A stretch of 64,000 nucleotides of DNA from an uncultured Chloroflexia bacterium (GCA_963728605.1 CAVSKS010000008.1:43329-107328); one strand, 5' to 3'; positions 50,539 to 58,749 are shown, counted from the first letter of the stretch. The notes: generated from the letters alone by a model not told the origin. Translations and numbers: made by a program.

Positions 50539-51822
50539 TCAGGGGAAAGCGAGCCGTTGCCAACTCGCGAAATCGGCCCGACCGAATCCGGGTACGTCCG
50601 GTATCGCGAAGCTCGTCATCGGCGTGATGCCGAGCGGATCGAGGATCGCGACGATCGGTTGACCGCCACCATTGCGCCCGTCGACGGCTAGCACGTGTCG
50701 GGCGTCGGGTGACCAATGTGGGGAGAACCAGTCGCCTTCTTCGCTGATGTGGTCGGCGTTCGAGCCGTCCGCACGGGCGACCATCACCTGCGTCACGTCG
50801 CCCGGTTCCTGGCTCAGCCAAGCGATGGAGAGACCATCGGGCGACCAGGTTGGCGCGAAGTCGCTCCCTCGGGTGTTGACGATGCGGACCTCCCGTTGAC
50901 CATCGAGTCCGACAGTCCACAGATACTGCCCTTCGTCGTTCGGGCCGGCGCTGTACATGATCGTGGTCCCATCTGGCGACCATTCCATGCTGTCAAAGCC
51001 CGGAACGGCGTCATGCGTGACGCGTCGCTCCCCCGTGCCGTCGGTCCCGATGACGTGGATCCCGATGGAGGCCTGCCATCCCTTCATGAACGCGATGGTT
51101 GTCCGGTCAGGCGACAGGATCGGGGACCAGTTGTTCCGCCGGTCGGTCGTGAGTTGGCGGCGGGACGAGCCATCGGTCGCCGCAAGAAATACCTGGTCGA
51201 AGTCGCTGACCTTCCGTGAATACACCACCCACTTACTGTCGGCCGACCAACTGATGGGACTGGGGCTCTCGACGTCGGCGTCGAGGACGATCGCGTTGCT
51301 GCCGTCGGCGTTCGCAATGACGATGTCGCCCCAGTCCTGCCATTGCGGCCTGGAGTCCACGGCTGACAGACGCTTGAACGCGATCCTCGTGCCATCTGGC
51401 GAGAACGCCGGAAACCCGTCGATCCGTTGATCGGACGTCAACCGAGCGCGGTTGGAGCCGTCCGGATTGGCGGTCCAGATGTCGCCGTCGGCGATGAAGG
51501 CCACCAGGCCCGGCTCGGCGAGTCCGAATGGCGGTGGCAGGCGGCGCTGCGACCCAACGATGACGATCGCCACGGCGAGGGCGAGCAGCAACCCGAGGAT
51601 GATCAGGATCGGAGCCAGGCGCTGACCCGTCTCGAACCGCCACGGGCGCGGCCCGGGAAGCCACCGCTCGGGGAGCAGCCAGCCCGGCACCGGACGGGCC
51701 CGGCGCGTGCGCGACAGCGCCCCCTCGAGCACCTGGTCCGCCGCCGGGCCATGGGCGCGCTCGTCGAGCCAGGTCACCATGAGCTGGTCGAGGGCGGCGT
51801 CGGCGAGCCGTTCGCGGGTCAT
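50539..51822 (-). CDS. single-pass membrane protein with periplasmic TolB-like PD40 beta-propeller, putative anti-sigma partner
   Basis: Its ATG overlaps the ECF sigma stop (ATGA at 51819-51822). One TM helix, then repeated SPDG/WSPD PD40 motifs. Confidence 0.65.
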   Translation of the reverse strand: MTRERLADAALDQLMVTWLDERAHGPAADQVLEGALSRTRRARPVPGWLLPERWLPGPRPWRFETGQRLAPILIILGLLLALAVAIVIVGSQRRLPPPFGLAEPGLVAFIADGDIWTANPDGSNRARLTSDQRIDGFPAFSPDGTRIAFKRLSAVDSRPQWQDWGDIVIANADGSNAIVLDADVESPSPISWSADSKWVVYSRKVSDFDQVFLAATDGSSRRQLTTDRRNNWSPILSPDRTTIAFMKGWQASIGIHVIGTDGTGERRVTHDAVPGFDSMEWSPDGTTIMYSAGPNDEGQYLWTVGLDGQREVRIVNTRGSDFAPTWSPDGLSIAWLSQEPGDVTQVMVARADGSNADHISEEGDWFSPHWSPDARHVLAVDGRNGGGQPIVAILDPLGITPMTSFAIPDVPGFGRADFASWQRLAFP

Positions 51823-52373
51823 GCTGTCCGCCCTTCGCCGGCAGGCGTGGTGCGTGCGTCGGCTTCGAGGGCCGCGCGCATCTGTTGCATCGCCCGATGG
51901 AGCCGCGACCGGACGGTACCGGTCGGCCAGCCGAGGACGTCGGCCGCCTCCTCCGGGCGAAGACCCGCGTAGTAGTACAGGACGATCACCGCCCGGTGGT
52001 TGACGTCCAGTTGCCGGAAGCCGCGATCGAGCTGGTCCCGATCGAGGAGCCGACCGGTCTCGTCGGGTTCGGGTGCATCGAAGAGGGGGAGATGCAGCTC
52101 GCGGCTGCCCCGGGAGCGAACCTTCCGTGCCTCGCGATGGCACTCGTTGATGAGCAGTCGATGCAGCCAGGCATCGAAACGGTCGGGATCGCGCAGTCCC
52201 CGAATGTGCCGCCACGCGGCGACAAGGGCCTCCTGGGTGGCATCCTCCGCCGCCGGTTCATCGTGGAGGATCAACCGAGCAATCACCAGGAGACGACCGA
52301 CCGAGACGCGCGCCAGTTCGCTGAACGCGTCGTGATCGCCGCTCATCGCCCGCTCCACGAGATCCCGTTGCAT
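51819..52373 (-). CDS. ECF (group 4) RNA polymerase sigma factor
   Basis: Region 2 (DATQEALVAAW, FDAWLHRLLINE) and region 4 (EAADVLGWPTGTVRSRLHRA). Confidence 0.85.
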   Translation of the reverse strand: MQRDLVERAMSGDHDAFSELARVSVGRLLVIARLILHDEPAAEDATQEALVAAWRHIRGLRDPDRFDAWLHRLLINECHREARKVRSRGSRELHLPLFDAPEPDETGRLLDRDQLDRGFRQLDVNHRAVIVLYYYAGLRPEEAADVLGWPTGTVRSRLHRAMQQMRAALEADARTTPAGEGRTA

Positions 52374-52510
52374 CGGGCCTCCGGGGTGCGCGACCGATCT
52401 GGTCGTGCTACAGCCTATGAGTGGGACCGCGGGCTGGCTATCTCCCGAATCGCTCGCCGCAACGGCTACCCAGGCTGGCGAATACCCCCGAGGGGTATTG
52501 ACAAGGGGGG

Positions 52511-52539
52511 TTGTCAAGCGGGCCGAATTGCGGTAGAAT
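52511..52539 (+). promoter_or_regulatory. candidate promoter TTGTCA-N17-TAGAAT for the extra sigma-70 gene
   Basis: Hexamers and the 17-nt spacer read directly. The same architecture occurs at 58750-58778. Confidence 0.5.
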
Positions 52540-52550
52540 TCAGGTCCGAT

Positions 52551-52573
52551 GGCGTGTCAAGACTTGACACGCC
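52551..52573. promoter_or_regulatory. perfect palindrome GGCGTGTCAAG-A-CTTGACACGCC (copy 1)
   Basis: 11-bp arms and a 1-nt centre, starting 12 nt after the -10. An identical 23-mer occurs at 58791-58813. Confidence 0.8.
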
Positions 52574-52716
52574 TCATGTCATGTCCGGGTCACGAGGCGG
52601 GAGACCCGGGCGGCGCCAGGCGGTCCCGGCGGGGGACGCCAGGCGGGATGGAGACCGCGAGAACCGGTCTGGTCCGTTTGGGCCGCATCGGACGAGAACG
52701 CGCTGCGGAGTTGCTT

Positions 52717-54363
52717 GTGATCGATAACGAACTGACTGTCAAGACCACCCGACGGCATCGGACCGATGCGGGTCGGAAGAGCGCGGCCGCCGTGCTGGAG
52801 CCGGAGATCGCGGTCGAAGCGGTCGAGCTGCTGGCTGCCGAGGTAGGCCTGCCGGCCGACGCCGTCCCGGTGATGGATCTTCCAGCCGAGGCGCCGGACG
52901 TCATCGACCCCGCGGATGTCGACGAGCCGACGACCGCGGAGCTCGAGGAGGCGGAAGAGGTCACGCCCGACGAGATCGACATCGACGATCCCGTTCGGAT
53001 GTACCTGCGCGAGATCGCGCGCGTGCCGCTGCTGACCGCCGAGGAGGAGGTCGTCCTCGCCAAGGGGATCGAGCTCGGCGAGCAGATGGTCGTCGCCCCG
53101 TGGAAGGCGATCGTTTCGCTTCACGAGTGGACGCTCCACGAGACCGAGTCCAAGACCCGTTCGCTCAAGCCGCAGTACCGGCTGCCGTTCGGCGACGAGT
53201 CGCACCGGATGCTCCGCGCCGCACTCGCCGACGACGGCGCGCTGGACCTGCTGGTCACCGCGCCGGCCTTCGGCTTCGCCGCCGCGGCCAAGGAAGCGCC
53301 CAGCGACCACGTCAAGGAGCTGATCGGCGAGGCCCGCAACCTGCGGGCGATCTACAACGAGCGGCTCGACGTGGACGCCTTCGTCAACCTGCTCGATCGG
53401 GCGTACCTGGCCGTTCATAACGGCGACCTCGAGTGTCGCGACAACCCGGCCCTCCGGGCGCTCTACGACTGGACGCGCGACGCCGTCGCGTACCCGGCCC
53501 TCGAGCGCTGGATTGGTGCCGGCCACGATGCCGGCCTGCTGGCCGACATGGGCTACGACCCGGACGCCGTCGGGACCAGGAAGCCGCTCAACCAGCCGGG
53601 CGAGGTCACCCGCCTCGGCCGGCAGGCCAAGGACCACCTGACCAGCGCGAACCTGCGGCTGGTGGTCTCGATCGCCAAGAAGTACCCGAACCGCGGCATG
53701 AGCATCCTGGACCTGATCCAGGAGGGCAACGCCGGGCTGATCCGTGCGGTCGAGAAGTTCGAGTACGAGCGAGGCTTCAAGTTCTCGACGTACGCGACGT
53801 GGTGGATCCGCCAGGCGATCACCCGGGCCATGGCCGACCAGAGCCGGACGATCCGGATCCCGGTCCACATGGTCGAGACGATCAACCGGATGATCCGGAC
53901 CACCCGAGAGCTCCAGGGCCGGCTCGGTCGACAGCCGACGGTCGAGGAGGTCGCCGCGGTGATGTCCGAGACATCGGAGGTCGTGGTCACCCCGGACAAG
54001 GTCCGCGAGATGATCAAGATCCGCCGCGAGCCGATCTCCCTCGAGACCCCGATCGGGGAAGAGGAGGACTCGGCGCTGGGTGACCTCATCGAGGACACCG
54101 ACGCGGTGGCCCCCCTCGAGGCTGCCACGCAGCAGCTCCTCAAGGAGCAGGTCGATGCCGTGCTCGAGTCGCTGAGCGGTCGCGAGCGGCGCGTCCTCGA
54201 GCTCCGGTTCGGGCTCGCGGATGGTCGCGCCCGGACCCTCGAGGAAGTCGGCCGCGACTTCGGGGTGACCCGCGAGCGGGTCCGCCAGATCGAGGCGATC
54301 GCGCTGCGCAAGCTGCGCCACCCGTCCCGGAGTCGCAAGCTCCGCGAGTACATGCTCGACTGA
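52717..54363 (+). CDS. group-1-like sigma-70 factor (extra RpoD paralog) with a large insertion between regions 1.2 and 2
   Basis: [46 protein letters not shown] and [23 protein letters not shown] 52717 lies 6 nt after GGAG. In-frame ATGs at 52648 and 52549 are alternatives. Confidence 0.85.
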   Translation: MIDNELTVKTTRRHRTDAGRKSAAAVLEPEIAVEAVELLAAEVGLPADAVPVMDLPAEAPDVIDPADVDEPTTAELEEAEEVTPDEIDIDDPVRMYLREIARVPLLTAEEEVVLAKGIELGEQMVVAPWKAIVSLHEWTLHETESKTRSLKPQYRLPFGDESHRMLRAALADDGALDLLVTAPAFGFAAAAKEAPSDHVKELIGEARNLRAIYNERLDVDAFVNLLDRAYLAVHNGDLECRDNPALRALYDWTRDAVAYPALERWIGAGHDAGLLADMGYDPDAVGTRKPLNQPGEVTRLGRQAKDHLTSANLRLVVSIAKKYPNRGMSILDLIQEGNAGLIRAVEKFEYERGFKFSTYATWWIRQAITRAMADQSRTIRIPVHMVETINRMIRTTRELQGRLGRQPTVEEVAAVMSETSEVVVTPDKVREMIKIRREPISLETPIGEEEDSALGDLIEDTDAVAPLEAATQQLLKEQVDAVLESLSGRERRVLELRFGLADGRARTLEEVGRDFGVTRERVRQIEAIALRKLRHPSRSRKLREYMLD

Positions 54364-54377
54364 CCCGACCGAAGACC

Positions 54378-54411
54378 ACGCCCGGTCCTGCAGCGCAGGA
54401 CCGGGCGTTTT
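54378..54411 (+). terminator. intrinsic terminator of the extra sigma gene
   Basis: A 14-bp perfect stem (ACGCCCGGTCCTGC/GCAGGACCGGGCGT), a 3-nt loop, then TTTT. Confidence 0.8.
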
Positions 54412-54426
54412 GATTCCCGTGCCCGG

Positions 54427-54617
54427 CTTGCGCCCACGGCAAGTAAGCGAGCCCCCGATGCGTCGGGACGGCCGCTCGAGGCCGGAATCCTCGCCGGAGG
54501 GCGCCCTCCGTTGCGCGAAGCGCAAGGAAATTCAGCCCTGGGCGGTTTGGGCTCCCACGCTTGCACCCGTCGCAAGCTCAGCGTCGGTGGGGCTTCGGTA
54601 CTTGCACCAGCCGCAAG
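54427..54617. repeat. array A of four (C)TTGC-N7-GCAA(G) hairpin/palindrome units
   Basis: Units at 54427-54443, 54511-54525, 54559-54577 and 54601-54617, read directly. Confidence 0.75.
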
Positions 54618-54642
54618 GTGCGAGACGCCGGAACGCGAACTC

Positions 54643-55020
54643 TCAGGCCGGCTCGAGGATCAGGAAGTCGTTCACCTGGATCACCCCCAGGACCAGCCGG
54701 ACGATCCACGGGACGAGCTGGCGCGACGGATCGTGGAGCCGTTCCGGCGCGGTCAGGCGAACGTGGCGCCGCATCGTCTCGATCTCGCAGCCGCCGGCGG
54801 CCAGGACGTTCTTGACCCATTCCGCGTCAGGGCCGTAGGTCAGCGCCACCACGTACCGACCGTCGCGGCGGAAGATGTTGATCGGCGTCCGCCGGACGGT
54901 CCCGGACCGCCGGCCGACATGGGTCACGATTGCGAACCACGGCAGCCAGCCCGCCACGTGGCGGAGGATCGGGTTCGTGAAGCGGAGATTGATGGCCGCC
55001 ACGAAGCGAGGAATTGGCAT
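54643..55020 (-). CDS. DUF385 / deazaflavin-dependent nitroreductase-family protein
   Basis: HVGRRSGTVRRTPINIFRRDGRYVVALTYGPDAEWVKNVLAAGGCEIE is the characteristic family pattern. ATG 55020. Confidence 0.7.
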   Translation of the reverse strand: MPIPRFVAAINLRFTNPILRHVAGWLPWFAIVTHVGRRSGTVRRTPINIFRRDGRYVVALTYGPDAEWVKNVLAAGGCEIETMRRHVRLTAPERLHDPSRQLVPWIVRLVLGVIQVNDFLILEPA

Positions 55021-55101
55021 CGGTTCGAGTCTACGCGCCGTGAACCACGCGGTACGATGCGCGCCGGCGGCGATTTCTTGAAGCGCGAGAGGGGAGCGGG
55101 C

Positions 55102-57060
55102 GTGGCCCAGACGTCGGGCGGCGCGGAACGGGAGCGGTCGGCGAACGCCACGTTCGCCTGGATCGCCACGGCCCTTGCCGCGTGGGTCGTGATCGGCGTC
55201 TTCCTCGTCGTCCGGGCGCTCAACCTCGGGCTGACCGAGGACGTGGCCGTCTCGCCGTATCACATCGTCGGGTACGCCGCGCTCGCGGCCGTCCTGCTGT
55301 TCTCGATCGGCCTCGTGATCCTCGCCGTCCGTCGGGGGCGGTCTTGGCGCGAGGCGTTCCCGACGGGCTACGGGGTGATGGGCATTGGTGTCCTGGCAGC
55401 CGTGGCCTACATCGTCCTCGACGGGATCTGGCAGAGCGTGGCCGGGATCGGCATCGGGATCGAAGGCGGCTTTGCCCCGACGCGATTGCTCCTGCTGGCG
55501 GCGGTCGCACTGATCGCGGTTGGGCCGCTTCGGGCGGCCCTCCGCGCGGCCACCGCGGGCGGCCCCGTGCACCGCTGGCCGGCCGTGATCGCCGCCGGCC
55601 TCGTTCTGGCGATGGTCGCCAGTCCGGGCGGCTTCCACCCGGCCGTCAGTCCATGGCTCGAGGAGCCCGACGACACCATCGAAGACGACGGCGAGATCTG
55701 GGTCATGAATGCCGATGGGACGAACCAGACCCGGCTGATCGAGGCGCCCGGCAATGAGATCCACGCCGTGGCTCCCGCCTGGTCGCCGGACGGCACCCAG
55801 ATCGCGTGGACCCGCTGGACGCCGAACCAGACCGGTCGGGACTTCAATGCCGACGTCTGGATCGCCGCGACCGACGGCAGCGGCGCCCGGCCCCTCGCGG
55901 AGGGCGCCGAGTGGCAGTGGATCCCGCACTGGTCGCCCGATGGTGTCTGGATCTCGTACACCGTCGAGCCCGACCCCAGCCTCCAAATCGGCGATCCGGG
56001 CGGTCCGCGCCCGGGCGGTCCCATCGCGCCGAACGACCAGGGCTTTGCCATCGGCCCGGCTCCGTTGGTCACGGGCGGCACCGGCGCGGACCTGTGGCGC
56101 GTCCGGGCCGACGGCACGGGCGAACCAGAACGGCTGACCGAAGTCGCGGGCGACGATCGGGCAGGGGATTACTCGCCGGACGGTAGCCAGATCACGTTCG
56201 ATGCCACCCGCGACGGCAACACGGAGATCTACGTGATCGATGCCGACGGCGCGAACCCGCGCCGCCTGACGGACGACGGCGGCGAGGACTGGGCGCCCGA
56301 CTGGTCCCCGGACGCCAGCCGGATCGCGTTCAACTCCGACCGCAACGGCAACGACGACATCTTCGTGATGGCCGCCGACGGGTCGGGCCTGGTCCAGGTG
56401 ACCAATGACCCGATGGACGAGCGTGGAGCGAGCTGGTCGCCGGACGGCCAGACGATCGCCTATGCCGCGTGGCCCGACATCGAGCCCGAGATCTACGCGA
56501 TCGACGTCGACGGGACCAACCCGCGGAACCTCACCCGCAGTCCCGGCACGTGGGATGGCGAGTGGGACGCGGGCGACTGGACGCCCGACGGGCGGTTGGC
56601 GTTCGCCCGGGGCGGCCACTGGCCAACGTTCGCCCAGCCGCTCGTCCGTGAAGATCTGGGCCTCGCGACGCTGCTCATCCAGGCGGCCCTCGTCGCGTTC
56701 ATGTGTCTCCTGCTGCTCCGAATCGGGCCGCCGTTCGGTGCCTTCACGGTGCTCCTGGGGCTATCCACGGTCCTCGCCGCGAGTGGCCTGGACGACTACC
56801 GGTTTGCGATCGCCGCCGCCCTCGCCGGCCTGATCCTCGATCTCCTGGTACCCAGGTTCCCGGCCCGCTCCCGACCGGCGGTCGTTGGGGCGGGCAGTGC
56901 CGCCCTGTTCGTGCTCTCGGTCATCGTGACCGTCCTGTTCACGAGCGGCCTCGTCTGGCGACCCACCCTCGCCTTCGGCGCGGTCCTCGCGGCCGCGGCG
57001 ATCGGCTGGGGGCTGACGCTGCTCAGCGGACCATCCCAACGTACCCCCCAGGGGTCTTGA
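55102..57060 (+). CDS. membrane protein with a PD40 (TolB-like) beta-propeller between N- and C-terminal TM bundles
   Basis: GTG 55102 lies 5 nt after GGGGAG. ATG 55057 is the alternative. Several N-terminal TM helices, repeated WSPDG PD40 units, then several C-terminal TM helices. Confidence 0.7.
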   Translation: MAQTSGGAERERSANATFAWIATALAAWVVIGVFLVVRALNLGLTEDVAVSPYHIVGYAALAAVLLFSIGLVILAVRRGRSWREAFPTGYGVMGIGVLAAVAYIVLDGIWQSVAGIGIGIEGGFAPTRLLLLAAVALIAVGPLRAALRAATAGGPVHRWPAVIAAGLVLAMVASPGGFHPAVSPWLEEPDDTIEDDGEIWVMNADGTNQTRLIEAPGNEIHAVAPAWSPDGTQIAWTRWTPNQTGRDFNADVWIAATDGSGARPLAEGAEWQWIPHWSPDGVWISYTVEPDPSLQIGDPGGPRPGGPIAPNDQGFAIGPAPLVTGGTGADLWRVRADGTGEPERLTEVAGDDRAGDYSPDGSQITFDATRDGNTEIYVIDADGANPRRLTDDGGEDWAPDWSPDASRIAFNSDRNGNDDIFVMAADGSGLVQVTNDPMDERGASWSPDGQTIAYAAWPDIEPEIYAIDVDGTNPRNLTRSPGTWDGEWDAGDWTPDGRLAFARGGHWPTFAQPLVREDLGLATLLIQAALVAFMCLLLLRIGPPFGAFTVLLGLSTVLAASGLDDYRFAIAAALAGLILDLLVPRFPARSRPAVVGAGSAALFVLSVIVTVLFTSGLVWRPTLAFGAVLAAAAIGWGLTLLSGPSQRTPQGS

Positions 57061-57064
57061 CAAC
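56929..57064 (+). repeat. direct repeat copy 1 (last 43 codons plus stop of the TM-PD40-TM gene, plus TTGACAA)
   Basis: Aligns without gaps to 58610-58745. I count about 20 mismatches in 135 nt. Confidence 0.8.
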
Positions 57065-57168
57065 GCGCGGGGAGGGGAGGGGAGGAACGTGGCCTAGCCG
57101 TCGGGCGCGCCCCCGACGACCCGAAGCCGATGCCCGACACGCCCGTTGCCAGGCAGGCTCCTACGCTG

Positions 57169-58527
57169 TCAGCGCATCAGCCGGTAGAGATGCCAGCGGT
57201 CGGGAACGCCCTTCAACTCGCGCTCGCCAGCATCCTCGAAGGTGATGCCAGAACCCGAAACGAGGTCCCTGACCGTTTGGGAAACCAGAACTTCGGACGG
57301 GGCCGCGAGCGCTGCGATCCTCGCGCCGACGTTAACCGCGTTTCCTCCGACCTTGCCAGCGATCCTCTCGACCTCACCGGTGTGCACCCCCGCGCGCACC
57401 TCCAGTCCGAAGTCTCGGACCGCGTCGCCGATAGCCTGTGCGCACCGGACGGCACGCGCCGGACCGTCAAAGGTGGCGAAGAATCCATCCCCAGCCGTGT
57501 CCACCTCGATCCCTCGAAAGCGGCCGAGGAGGGCTCGGACTGCACGGTGATGGCGATCGACGAGATTGCCCCAGCCGCGATCGCCAAGCTCAGCGGCCTT
57601 AGCCGTCGACCCGACGATGTCGGTGAACATCACGGTCGCTAGTACGCGGTCGAGGTCCGCCTCTTGGTGGCCGACCTCCGCAACGAACCGCTCGATCTCG
57701 CCCAGCAGCTCGTCCTGGTTCCCCGACCAGTAGAAGTGATCGACGCCGTGGAACGAGACGAAGCGTGCGCCGTGGATCTGATCCGCCATCCAGCTCGTTT
57801 CCTCGGCGGTGAAGAGCAGGTCGCCGTCGCGGGCGAGGAGAAGTGTAGGGACGTGGACCGCCGGCAACGCCGGGCGGACATCGATCCCGCGGTTCATCCG
57901 CTCGAGCGCGATCGCAGCTCCCGGGCTCGCGGCGTGACGAAGATAGTCCGCGAGCCAACGGATCGTATGGTCATCGTTCGCGAGCGTGGGCGCGCCCCAG
58001 TCTCGCAACTCTTGCGCCGCGAACTCCCGCGTGCCCCACATTCGCTCGATGCTCTCGACGTAGCGCTCGTGCTCATCGTCGGTGGCCACCGGGAACGGGT
58101 AGTCAATCGTCGGTCTCCAGCATGCGCTGGTCCCGAAAAGCACAAGCGCGATGGTCCGCTCCGGATAGGTCGCGGCGAACAGCGTCGCCATCGGACCACC
58201 TTCCGAGAAGCCCAGCACGACGGCGCGTTCGGAGCCGACCGCGTCCATGACAGCCCTCGCGTCATCCATCCGGACCTCGAGAGACGGGAGCCGATCATCA
58301 GACACGCGGTCCGAGAGTCCGGTGCCACGCTTGTCGAAGAGGATCAACCGTGAGAACGCTGCCAACCGGGAGAGGAATCGTGCAAGCGTTGGCTCCTTCC
58401 ACATCAGCTCGATGTGGGTAGTCCATGCCATCACGAAGACCAAATCGACTGGAGCATCGCCCACGGTCTGGTACGCGATGTGAACGCCATCGACGGTCTT
58501 CGCGTAGTTGGTCTCGGGAACCTCCAC
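57169..58527 (-). CDS. alpha/beta-hydrolase fused to a class III adenylate/guanylate cyclase (LipJ-like architecture)
   Basis: N-terminal hydrolase fold (VLGFSEGG nucleophile elbow). C-terminal cyclase domain (VMFTDIVGSTAKA, DTAGDGFFATF, GVHTGEV, G.AVNVGARI). Confidence 0.85.
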   Translation of the reverse strand: MEVPETNYAKTVDGVHIAYQTVGDAPVDLVFVMAWTTHIELMWKEPTLARFLSRLAAFSRLILFDKRGTGLSDRVSDDRLPSLEVRMDDARAVMDAVGSERAVVLGFSEGGPMATLFAATYPERTIALVLFGTSACWRPTIDYPFPVATDDEHERYVESIERMWGTREFAAQELRDWGAPTLANDDHTIRWLADYLRHAASPGAAIALERMNRGIDVRPALPAVHVPTLLLARDGDLLFTAEETSWMADQIHGARFVSFHGVDHFYWSGNQDELLGEIERFVAEVGHQEADLDRVLATVMFTDIVGSTAKAAELGDRGWGNLVDRHHRAVRALLGRFRGIEVDTAGDGFFATFDGPARAVRCAQAIGDAVRDFGLEVRAGVHTGEVERIAGKVGGNAVNVGARIAALAAPSEVLVSQTVRDLVSGSGITFEDAGERELKGVPDRWHLYRLMR

Positions 58528-58609
58528 GTGAGGATACTGAGCGCACGCCAGTGCCGACGCAAACGGCGCTGCTCGGTCAATCCCCGCTCACGAGAGATCT
58601 GGCCGTCGT

Positions 58610-58745
58610 ACCCTGCTGCTGACCAATGGCCTGGCCTGGACGGACACCCTCGCCTTCGGCGCGATCCTCGCGGCAGCGGCCATCGGCTGGGGGCTGACGC
58701 TGCTCAGTGGACCATCCCAAAGTACCCCCCAAGGGTCTTGACAAG
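58610..58745 (+). repeat. direct repeat copy 2 (orphan gene-end fragment plus TTGACAA)
   Basis: Translates in the matching frame to TLLLTNGLAWTDTLAFGAILAAAAIGWGLTLLSGPSQSTPQGS-stop. No upstream gene body. Confidence 0.8.
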
Positions 58746-58749
58746 CACC

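Noticed and set aside
55010-55045. tRNA-like T-loop string GGTTCGAGTC
   Set aside because: The flanking bases do not form a T-stem or an acceptor stem. The string lies at the 5' end or upstream of the DUF385 gene.
57069-57085. (GGGGA)3GG tract as a G-quadruplex or repeated SD
   Set aside because: There are only three full G4 runs plus GG, with no associated start codon. The tract lies in a terminator-like gap between convergent genes. It is noted within the repeat-flanked cassette finding instead.
56929-58745. Classical IS element or integron cassette interpretation of the repeat-flanked cyclase gene
   Set aside because: There is no transposase or integrase, no terminal inverted repeats, and no attC-like site. 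136-bp diverged repeats are too long for target-site duplications. It is kept as a rearrangement observation only.
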